Of a DNA stretch of 25,614 bases, positions 9,265 to 17,210 are shown one piece after another (position 1 is the stretch's first letter; each line of letters opens with the position of its first letter). The notes under the pieces were generated by a model. That model did no database searches and was not told the DNA's origin. It saw only the letters and a program-made list of their open reading frames with translations. The DNA is from a bacterium (lineage in GTDB: Bacteria > Cyanobacteriota > Vampirovibrionia > Gastranaerophilales > JBAXKC01), in contig JBAXKC010000035.1 of assembly GCA_037137535.1 (NCBI GenBank), positions 1-25,614 on the forward strand. Direction: 5' to 3'. The translations under genes and the position numbers were made by a program.

Positions 9265-9786
9265 TTAAGCTCCAATATTAGCCCTATAAACAGCTAAAAC
9301 ATCAACCCCATCCACTTTATAAATATTTTCTAAAACATCTATTTCAAATATTTCTTCACCGCCGACAATAAGTTTTGCGTAATTTACGCTCATTGTTGTT
9401 TCATATTCTGCGTTATCCTGTGGTTTAAAAGTGCCGAGGGGGAATTCTTTAAATGTTCCTGAGATGTAGGCAATTGCAGGAACTTCTGCTAATCTTCCCA
9501 TACTGTTGTATGTTTCTAAACTTGCTCTTGCTTGAATTTGCACAGATTTAAAAGGATTAGCGGCTTTTTTAAGAACTTCTGTGTAAAGTGAGTTCCATTT
9601 AATTTTAGATTCTAGCTTGTCTATTCCTGCGAAGAACTCCGCAGAGCCTACCATTCCAAGGGCTTTATGTTCTGCCATCTTGTGCTTTATTTGAGGGAGC
9701 TGGATTTCTTCTGCCCTGCCGAGAAGATTATTCCCGTCCATATAGATATTGGCGTTTGTAAGCCTATTTATTTTAATTTTGCTCAT
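9265..9786 (-). CDS. Major tail tube protein (P2 gpFII-like)
   Basis: NANIYMDG...LGRAEEIQLP, EIFEIDVLENIYKVDGVDVLA..R..IG. Confidence 0.9.
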   Translation of the reverse strand: MSKIKINRLTNANIYMDGNNLLGRAEEIQLPQIKHKMAEHKALGMVGSAEFFAGIDKLESKIKWNSLYTEVLKKAANPFKSVQIQARASLETYNSMGRLAEVPAIAYISGTFKEFPLGTFKPQDNAEYETTMSVNYAKLIVGGEEIFEIDVLENIYKVDGVDVLAVYRANIGA

Positions 9787-9983
9787 TTATTTACCTCAGA
9801 AACTTTTCTTTTTTTTAAAAGTTTACATTTTTGAATTTCAATTTCTTCGTAGTGCATAATGACAAGTTCATTTCTTAGTGCTTCTATCAAAGGACAATCG
9901 GTGTTATTCAGGCATTCAAAGCATACGTCGTCATTATCAGCGTAAACGTCGATACCGCCTTTTTTATTAACTTTTACTTTCAT
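9783..9983 (-). CDS. Small Cys-rich hypothetical protein (CxxC-x5-C...C)
   Basis: 66 aa ORF joined by ATGA overlaps to both the sheath and tube genes. Confidence 0.65.
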   Translation of the reverse strand: MKVKVNKKGGIDVYADNDDVCFECLNNTDCPLIEALRNELVIMHYEEIEIQKCKLLKKRKVSEVNK

Positions 9984-11206
9984 TTCCCTAGGTTCCTTAA
10001 TAGTTCAATATTAATAAAGCTTTCAAAAGTTATGCGTTCAGCCGGAGTTGGAGGCATATACTCTATATCGAACAATAGATGCCCCTCAGCGGTCGACGTG
10101 GGAGGGTTTTTGTCGGGGTTGAATTTGCATTTACCGTCTATTAATGCCCCTCTGCCAATAAGAGAGCGAATAAAGGCGTTTACTGATTCGCAAATAGAGT
10201 CTATTAGGCCGTTATCAATGGGAAAGTCTATAAATTGAAGCATAGAATATTCAACACTTTCATGAAGAATATCAGCAGTTCTTCGTATATTAATAAAGTT
10301 TGTCGGGTGAGTAGAAGCAGGATAAGCTGAACTTCTATTGCCCCAAGTCCTGAAACCGCTGCCAAAGGAGTTGAAAATACTTAAAATACCTGCTTCGTTA
10401 AGAAGATTAACTTCACTGTTCGGGTCATTAATCATTGAAGTCAATTGTCTTTCAACTCCTATAATTCCTTTAATCTCGGTATTACTAGGTGACCAGTGAT
10501 AACCCTTTTCAATATCTTTAGCTGCTATAACGCCTGCTAATCTTTGAGAATAGGGTTCCAGCTTAACCGAATCAGTTACAGTATCGTAAACTTTGAGTTG
10601 CGGATAACAAAAAATAAGTCTATCTGAACTAAAATTAAAGTTTATTGTTCCATCAGGTCCTCTTCCTGTGATGGCATTTTGAACGGTTGTACCGACAGGA
10701 GCATCAACTAAACCTATTGCCCTGATATTTCCTGCTATTGCGTTTATTTCAGCAGCGATAGCTTTATCTTCACAATATTTTGGGACAATTAGTGTTTTTG
10801 GAAAGAAGCCAAATATTGAATAGCTGTCTTTAAGAGCTTGTAAGCCTGTTCTTTTACCTTGTTCGTTAACTCCGCCGATGATATCAGAGAGTTTAACATC
10901 TGATATAGTTGGGTGAATATCAGGGTTAAAGACATTTATTACAATTATTATTCCTGCTCCCTGATCAAAGATGGCATTAAGAGCTGAGGGAATGGTAAAT
11001 CCGCTTGTTGGTTGCCCGAAGTATTTAGCGGCATCTTTTTCATTTGTAATTAAAACGGGTTGATTAACTGTTTTAAATTCTGTTTCGATTGTATCAACGG
11101 GAGCTGTTCCTACTAAACCAATTACAGCAGTTTTAACGGTTCTAATAGGTCTTGCCCCTTTTGTAATTTCTATTGTTTCAACTCCGTGCAAGAAATTTGC
11201 AGGCAT
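9980..11206 (-). CDS. Contractile tail sheath protein (P2 gpFI-like)
   Basis: FLHGVE, TAVIGLVGTA, WSPSN, GFRTWGNR, FINIRRT and PPTPAERITF motifs. Confidence 0.95.
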   Translation of the reverse strand: MPANFLHGVETIEITKGARPIRTVKTAVIGLVGTAPVDTIETEFKTVNQPVLITNEKDAAKYFGQPTSGFTIPSALNAIFDQGAGIIIVINVFNPDIHPTISDVKLSDIIGGVNEQGKRTGLQALKDSYSIFGFFPKTLIVPKYCEDKAIAAEINAIAGNIRAIGLVDAPVGTTVQNAITGRGPDGTINFNFSSDRLIFCYPQLKVYDTVTDSVKLEPYSQRLAGVIAAKDIEKGYHWSPSNTEIKGIIGVERQLTSMINDPNSEVNLLNEAGILSIFNSFGSGFRTWGNRSSAYPASTHPTNFINIRRTADILHESVEYSMLQFIDFPIDNGLIDSICESVNAFIRSLIGRGALIDGKCKFNPDKNPPTSTAEGHLLFDIEYMPPTPAERITFESFINIELLRNLGK

Positions 11207-11209
11207 TTT

Positions 11210-11626
11210 TTAATCATCCTCATATTCTAAAACTGTTGTTGTGGTGGCAAAATTTATTGAATACTGCCAAATACCGTTGTCTTCACCGATAAATTCTTCT
11301 TTTAGCGGAAGAAGTTTTGAGCAGTTTTCGGGAATAAAGCCTGTTAAAACCTGCCTTGTTTTATCAAGGTAATAATATGCTCCTTCATAGCTTCTTAGGT
11401 TTTTCATTACAACAGTTATGCTAAATTCAAGCTTTTTCTCTTGTAAAATGCAGCCTATGCTTTTAGATTCGGAGTAGTTTGCTCCTTGATAATGAACAAG
11501 AATAGCTCCTTTGGGGTGAATGAGCTTAAAGTCGGCAGGTTTTTCAGGGAAACCCTCAATTTTCAGGTCATTGATTTTTATTTTCAGAAGCTCAATAATT
11601 TGGGTTTCAACATTTTTAATATTCAT
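11210..11626 (-). CDS. Tail completion/terminator protein (Gp37 family)
   Basis: HPKGAILVHYQG motif; lies between the gp36-like gene and the sheath. Confidence 0.7.
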   Translation of the reverse strand: MNIKNVETQIIELLKIKINDLKIEGFPEKPADFKLIHPKGAILVHYQGANYSESKSIGCILQEKKLEFSITVVMKNLRSYEGAYYYLDKTRQVLTGFIPENCSKLLPLKEEFIGEDNGIWQYSINFATTTTVLEYEDD

Positions 11627-12047
11627 TTAAACGCACTTTAGAAAAGCTTCTGTCAGAACGGTCTTTATTTGTTCTAAATATTGCTGATTCGCTGATATTA
11701 GCTTTTAGCTCAATACCAAGAGCAATAATTCCTTTTTGAATTTGCTCAAGCATTTTTATGGAGTTTTTATACTTTTCGTTTATGGCATCAGGTGTATCAG
11801 TTTGAAATCTTCTTGAATAAAGCCTAAAAACAGATAAATCAACGGCAATAATTTTAATTACACCTGGAACAAGGGTTAAAGGTAAAATGTATCTGCCTCT
11901 TAAATATCCGTCAATAAGTGTTTCGGAATAAATTATTGCTTCATCGACAATAACAGTATCTGTTTCACCTGTTTGATTATCGTCTGTGAGCTGGATTAAG
12001 GTATCTTTTGATATTTGTTTTTGAATATCAGCTAAAGTGCAGTACAT
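11616..12047 (-). CDS. Head-tail adaptor, Mu gp36/DUF1320-like
   Basis: MYCT..D, LIQLTDD, IDGYLRGRY.LPL, Y...IKMLE.I.KG motifs. Confidence 0.88.
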   Translation of the reverse strand: MYCTLADIQKQISKDTLIQLTDDNQTGETDTVIVDEAIIYSETLIDGYLRGRYILPLTLVPGVIKIIAVDLSVFRLYSRRFQTDTPDAINEKYKNSIKMLEQIQKGIIALGIELKANISESAIFRTNKDRSDRSFSKVRLNEY

Positions 12048-12382
12048 TATATTCCTCTTACCAGTCGTATAATCTCTCCTGCTTCGGCATTATCAAGGGA
12101 ATAGCCGTTTGCTTCTCCAGTTGTAAAAGCAATAGCGTAGCCGTTTAAGTCTGATGCAACTTTAGCCCCTTGAATTATTGTGCCTGCGGTTCTGACTAAA
12201 ACAATACCATTTAGAATAACGGGAGCGAATTGTCCTGCTTCGATTTCAACTTCCGAAACGCCGAGAGCTTTAGCTCCTTCTATGCAGTAATTTCCGTCAA
12301 AGCCTATAAATCTGTGTTTGTCGATATTTGCAGGAGCCTTTATTGAATCTGTCAAAAGAGGTTTATACAGTTTTTCCATCAT
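12047..12382 (-). CDS. Capsid cement/decoration protein (DUF2190-like)
   Basis: Small Gly/Ala-rich beta protein (ALGVS, G.KVASD..G.A, A.AGEII) downstream of the capsid gene. Confidence 0.7.
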   Translation of the reverse strand: MMEKLYKPLLTDSIKAPANIDKHRFIGFDGNYCIEGAKALGVSEVEIEAGQFAPVILNGIVLVRTAGTIIQGAKVASDLNGYAIAFTTGEANGYSLDNAEAGEIIRLVRGI

Positions 12383-12611
12383 TACCTCCTTCAGCAGGTG
12401 TTTCAGTATTTTGAACTATATTTTCAGTATTTGCAGAAGTTTCTTTAGCCGTTTTCACCGCTTTTTTGGCTTCCTGTTTTTGTTCAATTATCGGCACAAG
12501 ATAATCTGCAAGCTTTGCTGCTTCATTTTCCGTAAGCTCAATAATGTCTCCTTCTTTGAATAACGTCTTATTATGCAGAATATCAGTACCTTTTACTGTA
12601 AATTTAGGCAT
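12363..12611 (-). CDS. Hypothetical virion-associated protein (Mu gp35-like position)
   Basis: ILHNKTLFKEGDIIELTENEA N-terminus plus low-complexity tail; coupled to the capsid gene. Confidence 0.6.
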   Translation of the reverse strand: MPKFTVKGTDILHNKTLFKEGDIIELTENEAAKLADYLVPIIEQKQEAKKAVKTAKETSANTENIVQNTETPAEGGNDGKTV

Positions 12612-13525
12612 TAGTTAGTTCCTCCTATTAAAAATCCTGCTTCAGGTCCAACCATAAATGGTGTGTAAATGTCTGTTGCTCTTATGTATTTGAGTTTATT
12701 GCCTTCTTTTCTGTATTCGTCGACGTTAAGAGCATTTTTCTTTTTAACTGTATAGGCAAAAGCAGGGTCATATTCTGTTCTTGAAGATAGGGTTGAGGTG
12801 TAGGCTAGAATTATGTTATCACTCCACACTTTAACGAAATTGCCGTTTTCATCTACAAAGACAGATTTTCCTATGACAATATTAGGTATTTCGAAGATTT
12901 CTTTAAGAAAATTTAAAGTGACCAATTTATTCTGAGTATCACTTATCAAACCTTTAATTTGTTTGTGTCTTTTTAATCTTTTCCAGCAATCGTGTCCTAT
13001 TACCATCGTGTTTGGGTCTTGTGCTATTTTACTTGCGATAGCATCTTTAGCATCTTCAATTACGTTGTATGGTTCTGATAAATCACTGGTGAATTTAGAC
13101 GTCCCCGATAACAATATTTTATTCCCGGAAGCGTAATTGTCGGGATTCTGTACTAAATCGGCACATTGCTTTTCGTGCTTAAGTCTTAAACCTTCTGTTA
13201 CTACATTTGTTGCGTGGAGTTGAAGTTTTACTTTTTTAGATTCTTCTTCTTCCCTGTAATCGATGGGGTAGGCTAAATCATGTTCTGTTAAGGTTGCACT
13301 CTTTTTGTTAAAGCCTTTAGGACTCATAACGTTTGAGTTTGCTCTTATGGCTCTTTCTGTGTTATAGACTTGAAAAGCTTCTTTGTTAAATTCAAAGATA
13401 TCAATCTTTTCTGTTTCTGATTCTATTGTAGGAAAGAGAGCGTCAGCTATAAAAGCGTTATTGCTGTAACCTCTTGCTACTTCAGATAAATACGCATTTA
13501 TCCGTAAATCTTCTAATCTGCCCAT
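12611..13525 (-). CDS. Major capsid protein (HK97 fold, capsid-E-like)
   Basis: 304 aa, LSEVARGY...FIADALFP, PNTMVIG; directly follows the protease/scaffold gene; AGGAG RBS. Confidence 0.85.
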   Translation of the reverse strand: MGRLEDLRINAYLSEVARGYSNNAFIADALFPTIESETEKIDIFEFNKEAFQVYNTERAIRANSNVMSPKGFNKKSATLTEHDLAYPIDYREEEESKKVKLQLHATNVVTEGLRLKHEKQCADLVQNPDNYASGNKILLSGTSKFTSDLSEPYNVIEDAKDAIASKIAQDPNTMVIGHDCWKRLKRHKQIKGLISDTQNKLVTLNFLKEIFEIPNIVIGKSVFVDENGNFVKVWSDNIILAYTSTLSSRTEYDPAFAYTVKKKNALNVDEYRKEGNKLKYIRATDIYTPFMVGPEAGFLIGGTN

Positions 13526-13533
13526 GGTCGCTC

Positions 13534-14463
13534 CTATTTATATATCTTCAATAAAGCATCTTTAAACGGTATGTTTTCTTTATCTGCAAGTGTTTTTGCT
13601 TCTTTGTAGATGGCAAGACTTTCTTCGCTTGCATTTGCAAATGAAATAACCTCGTCATCAGTTTTCACTTGCTTGTTTTTTGTAGCTATTTCATTAAATT
13701 CAACTTGTTTTGGAAGAGATTTAATAAATTCTTTAAAGGCTGTAATTTTATCTGTTCCTTTAAGGTTTTCAAGAACGTTTAAAACGGTGTCTTTTTGAGT
13801 CGGGGTAATAACTCCGCTTGATATTTGGGTATCTACAAAGAGATTAAACTCGTCTTTGCGGATTTGTTCTTTTAGCGTAAAAAGCTCTGTTTCAGCGTAA
13901 ATTCTTGCAGTTTTTTCATCTTGAAATTTAGAAATACTCTCGCTTAAAACTGTAATACTTTGCTGAAGCGAAGCGACAAGGGTTTTATCGGTGTTTTTTT
14001 CGCTGAAGATATTAAACTGTTGTTTTAAATCATCGAGCTGAGCTTGAACATTAGCTGTTTCAGCGTTTTCAAAGATATAGGTATCAGATTCGCCTTCTTT
14101 AAATTGAACAGAGGACATTCCTTTAACTTGAGGTATAGCTGCTCCAAGGAATGATACGGCTTTTAAGTAAGGCTTTTTCCCTTCAAGATTTCTGTATATT
14201 TCAACTGAGATTTTTTTGTATTTGCCGTTTTTTACAAAATCTTTCAGTTCTTCGGATACATCTTTAAATTGAGCCGTCAGCTTGCCGTTTTCAGCTTTTA
14301 ATTCAGATACCCAGCCGTAAGCAGGACCGCTTTGCTCATGGTCTAGCGTAATTGGTGATTCACAAAAAGTCGGGTCATAGTTATCAGCTAGGATTTCAAT
14401 ATCTTTTTCCGTAAAACTTCCTTGAGGATATGAGCCGGCTTTGAAGATTTCAAAGTGTTTCAT
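13534..14463 (-). CDS. Prohead protease/scaffold (Mu gpI-like)
   Basis: EIFKAG, PITLDH, PAYGWV, YKKISVE, VSFLGA..P.VKGM protease domain followed by a coiled-coil scaffold region. Confidence 0.85.
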   Translation of the reverse strand: MKHFEIFKAGSYPQGSFTEKDIEILADNYDPTFCESPITLDHEQSGPAYGWVSELKAENGKLTAQFKDVSEELKDFVKNGKYKKISVEIYRNLEGKKPYLKAVSFLGAAIPQVKGMSSVQFKEGESDTYIFENAETANVQAQLDDLKQQFNIFSEKNTDKTLVASLQQSITVLSESISKFQDEKTARIYAETELFTLKEQIRKDEFNLFVDTQISSGVITPTQKDTVLNVLENLKGTDKITAFKEFIKSLPKQVEFNEIATKNKQVKTDDEVISFANASEESLAIYKEAKTLADKENIPFKDALLKIYK

Positions 14464-14464
14464 T

Positions 14465-14644
14465 CTAAATTCCTATCGGTTGTTTTGTAATAGTTCTTAA
14501 TGCTGCGTTAATAACTGTAATTCCTATGGCTTGAGTAGCAGGGTCAATAATGAAGCCTGTTTGAGATTGAACAACTATTGCCATGGCTGATACAGCATTT
14601 ACCCAGAAGGTTTTTGATTGTAAAAAGGATTTTTTCTCTGCCAT
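14465..14644 (-). CDS. Holin-like small membrane protein (59 aa; missed by the ORF track)
   Basis: Own translation: MAEKKSFLQSKTFWVNAVSAMAIVVQSQTGFIIDPATQAIGITVINAALRTITKQPIGI*. Two hydrophobic segments, SKTFW and LR.IT motifs common in small phage holins, AAGGAG RBS, stop 1 nt before the protease ATG. Confidence 0.75.
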   Translation of the reverse strand: MAEKKSFLQSKTFWVNAVSAMAIVVQSQTGFIIDPATQAIGITVINAALRTITKQPIGI

Positions 14645-14691
14645 TTTATTTCTCTCCTTGCAAAAAAATTAAACACGTTGCGATAAAAGGC

Positions 14692-14791
14692 AGTATAGGA
14701 GTTTTTTTATTACGATTTCAACGCTGTTAATATACGCCGTTAATGGAGTATATTAACGGCGTTGAAATGAAGCATTCAGATGTGTCATCTT
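14692..14791. promoter_or_regulatory. Symmetric bidirectional promoter/operator region
   Basis: 21-bp inverted arms (14715-14735 and 14748-14768, one mismatch). Each outer end holds an outward TTGAAA; 18 nt downstream lie TATACT (- strand, 14692-14697) and CATCTT (+ strand, 14786-14791). Confidence 0.65.
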
Positions 14792-14820
14792 TAAAAAATA
14801 TACGAAGGAAAAATAATTTT

Positions 14821-15078
14821 ATGACTGAAACCGCTTTATTAATCGAACTTGTGAAAAATATCGGATTTCCTGCCGTAATTTTTGCAATCTGGTACATCTA
14901 CCACAAAGCACAGGTTAAAACTTTTCAAGATGTGCTTAACAACAACTTTAAAGTTTTAAAAGACCTTCTTGAAACAAATCAATATCATGCGGCACTGCTA
15001 TCAAGAATAGAGCTGAAAATCGACTCTAATTTATGGTGTCCGATATTAAAAAAAGGTTTGAAAAACAATGAGGAGTAA
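14821..15078 (+). CDS. Single-TM membrane protein with coiled-coil tail (holin/YvrJ-like)
   Basis: NIGFPAVIFAIWYIYH hydrophobic helix. Probable start is ATG 14821 (GAAGGA upstream), since the listed 14743 start lies inside the regulatory repeat. Confidence 0.6.
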   Translation: MTETALLIELVKNIGFPAVIFAIWYIYHKAQVKTFQDVLNNNFKVLKDLLETNQYHAALLSRIELKIDSNLWCPILKKGLKNNEE

Positions 15079-15081
15079 TTG

Positions 15082-15327
15082 GTGAATATTGAAAGAATGC
15101 AGCACAAAGGGCAATTAGCTGAATGCAGAAAGAAGTTTAAAACTCTTGATACAGAAGCATCAGGCCTCATCATTCTTGTTCGTTCCTTTTTAAATCCTTA
15201 CGAGGAAGACGTTACAAAACTTGATGTTGAAAAAGCTTTCCATTCTATGAGCAGATTGCGTGATGTTATTAATGAAATGAAATTACTTGGCACAAAAATT
15301 CAGAAAATGGAGGAGGATCTTGACTAA
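15082..15327 (+). CDS. Hypothetical coiled-coil phage protein
   Basis: GAGGAG RBS, probable GTG start, coupled to its neighbours upstream of the terminase genes. Confidence 0.6.
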   Translation: MNIERMQHKGQLAECRKKFKTLDTEASGLIILVRSFLNPYEEDVTKLDVEKAFHSMSRLRDVINEMKLLGTKIQKMEEDLD

Positions 15328-15742
15328 AAAGCATTTGCACTACAACGAAGCCGAAAGATGTTTTGTGTATGAGCAAATGACTATTGAAGAAATAGCTTCA
15401 AGGCTTAAGCTTGGTGAAAGGACTGTCAGGTACTGGAAAGATGAAAATGGCTGGGATGATAAAAAGAAAAAATACATACAGTCAAAAATAGCTTTTCACG
15501 AAGAACTTTATGAATTTGCAAAAAAACTTATGCGTTCCATTAATCAAGACCTTGAGAACGGAGAAAAAGTAGACCCCGGCAGAATGTATGCATTTACAAG
15601 AATGCTTCCTCTAATTACAAAAATCAAAGAGTACGAAGATGTAGCGGTTAAAAAAGAGAAAATTCAAGAACCTAAAGGCTTAACGGAAGATGTAATAAAA
15701 CTAATAGAAAAAGAAGTTTTAGGAATGAATAGCGAGGAGTAA
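15320..15742 (+). CDS. Putative terminase small subunit (N-terminal HTH, DUF1804-like)
   Basis: TIEEIASRLKLGERTVRYWKDENGWD HTH; directly upstream of TerL; TTG start at 15320 after GGAGGAGG. Confidence 0.7.
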   Translation: MTKKHLHYNEAERCFVYEQMTIEEIASRLKLGERTVRYWKDENGWDDKKKKYIQSKIAFHEELYEFAKKLMRSINQDLENGEKVDPGRMYAFTRMLPLITKIKEYEDVAVKKEKIQEPKGLTEDVIKLIEKEVLGMNSEE

Positions 15743-17088
15743 TGCAGCTTAACAAGTATTTCTTACCCTATCAACAAAGATGGCTGAACGATAACAGCAA
15801 AGTTAAAATATGGGAGAAGTCCAGAAGAATTGGTGCTACTTACGTTCAGTCCTATGAAGATGTGAGAGATTGCGTAGCTAAAAAGGTTCCTGCTGTTTGG
15901 TTTTCCTCCGCCGATGAGTCTGCTGCTAAAGAATATATTTTGTATTGTGAAAAATGGGTAAAGCTTTTTAATATTGCGGCAAAGCCTTTAGGTAATGTTG
16001 TTATTGATTCTGAAAAAGATATTAAAGCCTTTGTTATTGAATTTTCAAACGGTACAAAGATTCATGCATTATCTTCTAATCCTAAAGGTTTTAGGTCTAA
16101 AGGCGGAAAAGTAATTCTGGATGAGTTTGCACACCATTTAAGCCAGGATGAACTTTGGACAGCAGCAAGACCTTGCGTTACCTGGGGTTTCCCTTTAAGA
16201 ATTTTATCTACCCACAACGGACAAAATTGCAGGTTTTACAAATTTATTGAAGAAGTAAACAAAGGCAATTCCAAATGGAGCTTGCATACTACACCTATTC
16301 AATTAGCGGTAACAGAGGGTTTAGCCGATAAAATCTACGGTAGAGTAACTACAGATGAAGAAAAAGAAGCTTGGATTCAAGAACAGAGGGAAGATTGCTT
16401 TGACGAATATACCTGGAGGCAGGAATATTGCTGCGAAGCTATTGATGAAGCAAGCTCTTTTCTAACCTATGAGCTGATAAACTCTTGCGAAGCCGATGAT
16501 TTGTATAAAATTTTATCAGAAGTAAAAGGCGACTTATTTGTCGGAATGGACATCGGCAGAAAAAAAGACCTTTCTGTCATTTGGGTTTTAGAGCTTTTAG
16601 GAAAAGTTAAATACACCCGAATGATAAAAGAAATGGAAAAAACTCCTTTTCATATCCAGCAGGAAGTTTTAGCAAATATTTTAAAGCACAAGACTTTAAG
16701 GCGTTGCTGCATAGATGCTACAGGACTTGGAATGCAACTGGCAGAAACAGCTCAAAGACAATTCGGCAAATACAGAGTTGAGGCTATAACCTTTACCAAC
16801 AAAGTAAAAGAAGAACTTGCGTATAATCTTAGAACTAATTTTGAGGATAAAACTGTATATATCCCGGCTGAACATCAAATCAGAGAAGATTTGCATTCTG
16901 TAAGGCGAGTAACATCATCCTCCGGTAATATTCGATTTGACGTAGAAAAGTCAGAAGCATCAGGTCACGCTGACAGGTTTTGGGCTCTTGGTTTAGCACT
17001 TCACTCCGCCGAATCAAATATCGGACCAATAAATATTATTACAAGGCGAAGAAGAGAATCTTACGAAATTACAAAAAATTACCTCTAA
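15742..17088 (+). CDS. Terminase large subunit (Mu gp28-like)
   Basis: LPYQQRW, KSRRIGAT (Walker A), VILDEFA (Walker B), GMDIGRKKD, IDATGLG and HADRFWAL nuclease motifs. Confidence 0.95.
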   Translation: MQLNKYFLPYQQRWLNDNSKVKIWEKSRRIGATYVQSYEDVRDCVAKKVPAVWFSSADESAAKEYILYCEKWVKLFNIAAKPLGNVVIDSEKDIKAFVIEFSNGTKIHALSSNPKGFRSKGGKVILDEFAHHLSQDELWTAARPCVTWGFPLRILSTHNGQNCRFYKFIEEVNKGNSKWSLHTTPIQLAVTEGLADKIYGRVTTDEEKEAWIQEQREDCFDEYTWRQEYCCEAIDEASSFLTYELINSCEADDLYKILSEVKGDLFVGMDIGRKKDLSVIWVLELLGKVKYTRMIKEMEKTPFHIQQEVLANILKHKTLRRCCIDATGLGMQLAETAQRQFGKYRVEAITFTNKVKEELAYNLRTNFEDKTVYIPAEHQIREDLHSVRRVTSSSGNIRFDVEKSEASGHADRFWALGLALHSAESNIGPINIITRRRRESYEITKNYL

Positions 17089-17210
17089 GCTCTTTTAAGC
17101 ACACTATTTTAGTTTTTGCATACTAAGACAGCCCACCTTGTATAAACATCCCATAGCGAAGAATTTAAATAGAATTTAAACGGTATTTTAATACATCCAA
17201 AGGATAAATA

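Noticed and set aside
49-11626. Tailocin / eCIS
   Set aside because: Terminase, portal, protease and capsid genes are intact, so this is a headed particle.
2838-13798. + strand ORFs 2838-3305, 3518-3760, 6353-6541, 6902-7174, 7667-7888, 7901-8215, 10032-10238, 12318-12563, 13610-13798, and nested - strand 5895-6077
   Set aside because: Antisense or alternate-frame shadows of well-supported phage genes, with no motifs or RBS
14715-14768. Central hairpin as an intrinsic terminator or CRISPR repeat
   Set aside because: It lies between divergent gene starts, lacks an adjacent U-tract, and is not part of a repeat-spacer array; no CRISPR array or cas gene is seen in the window.
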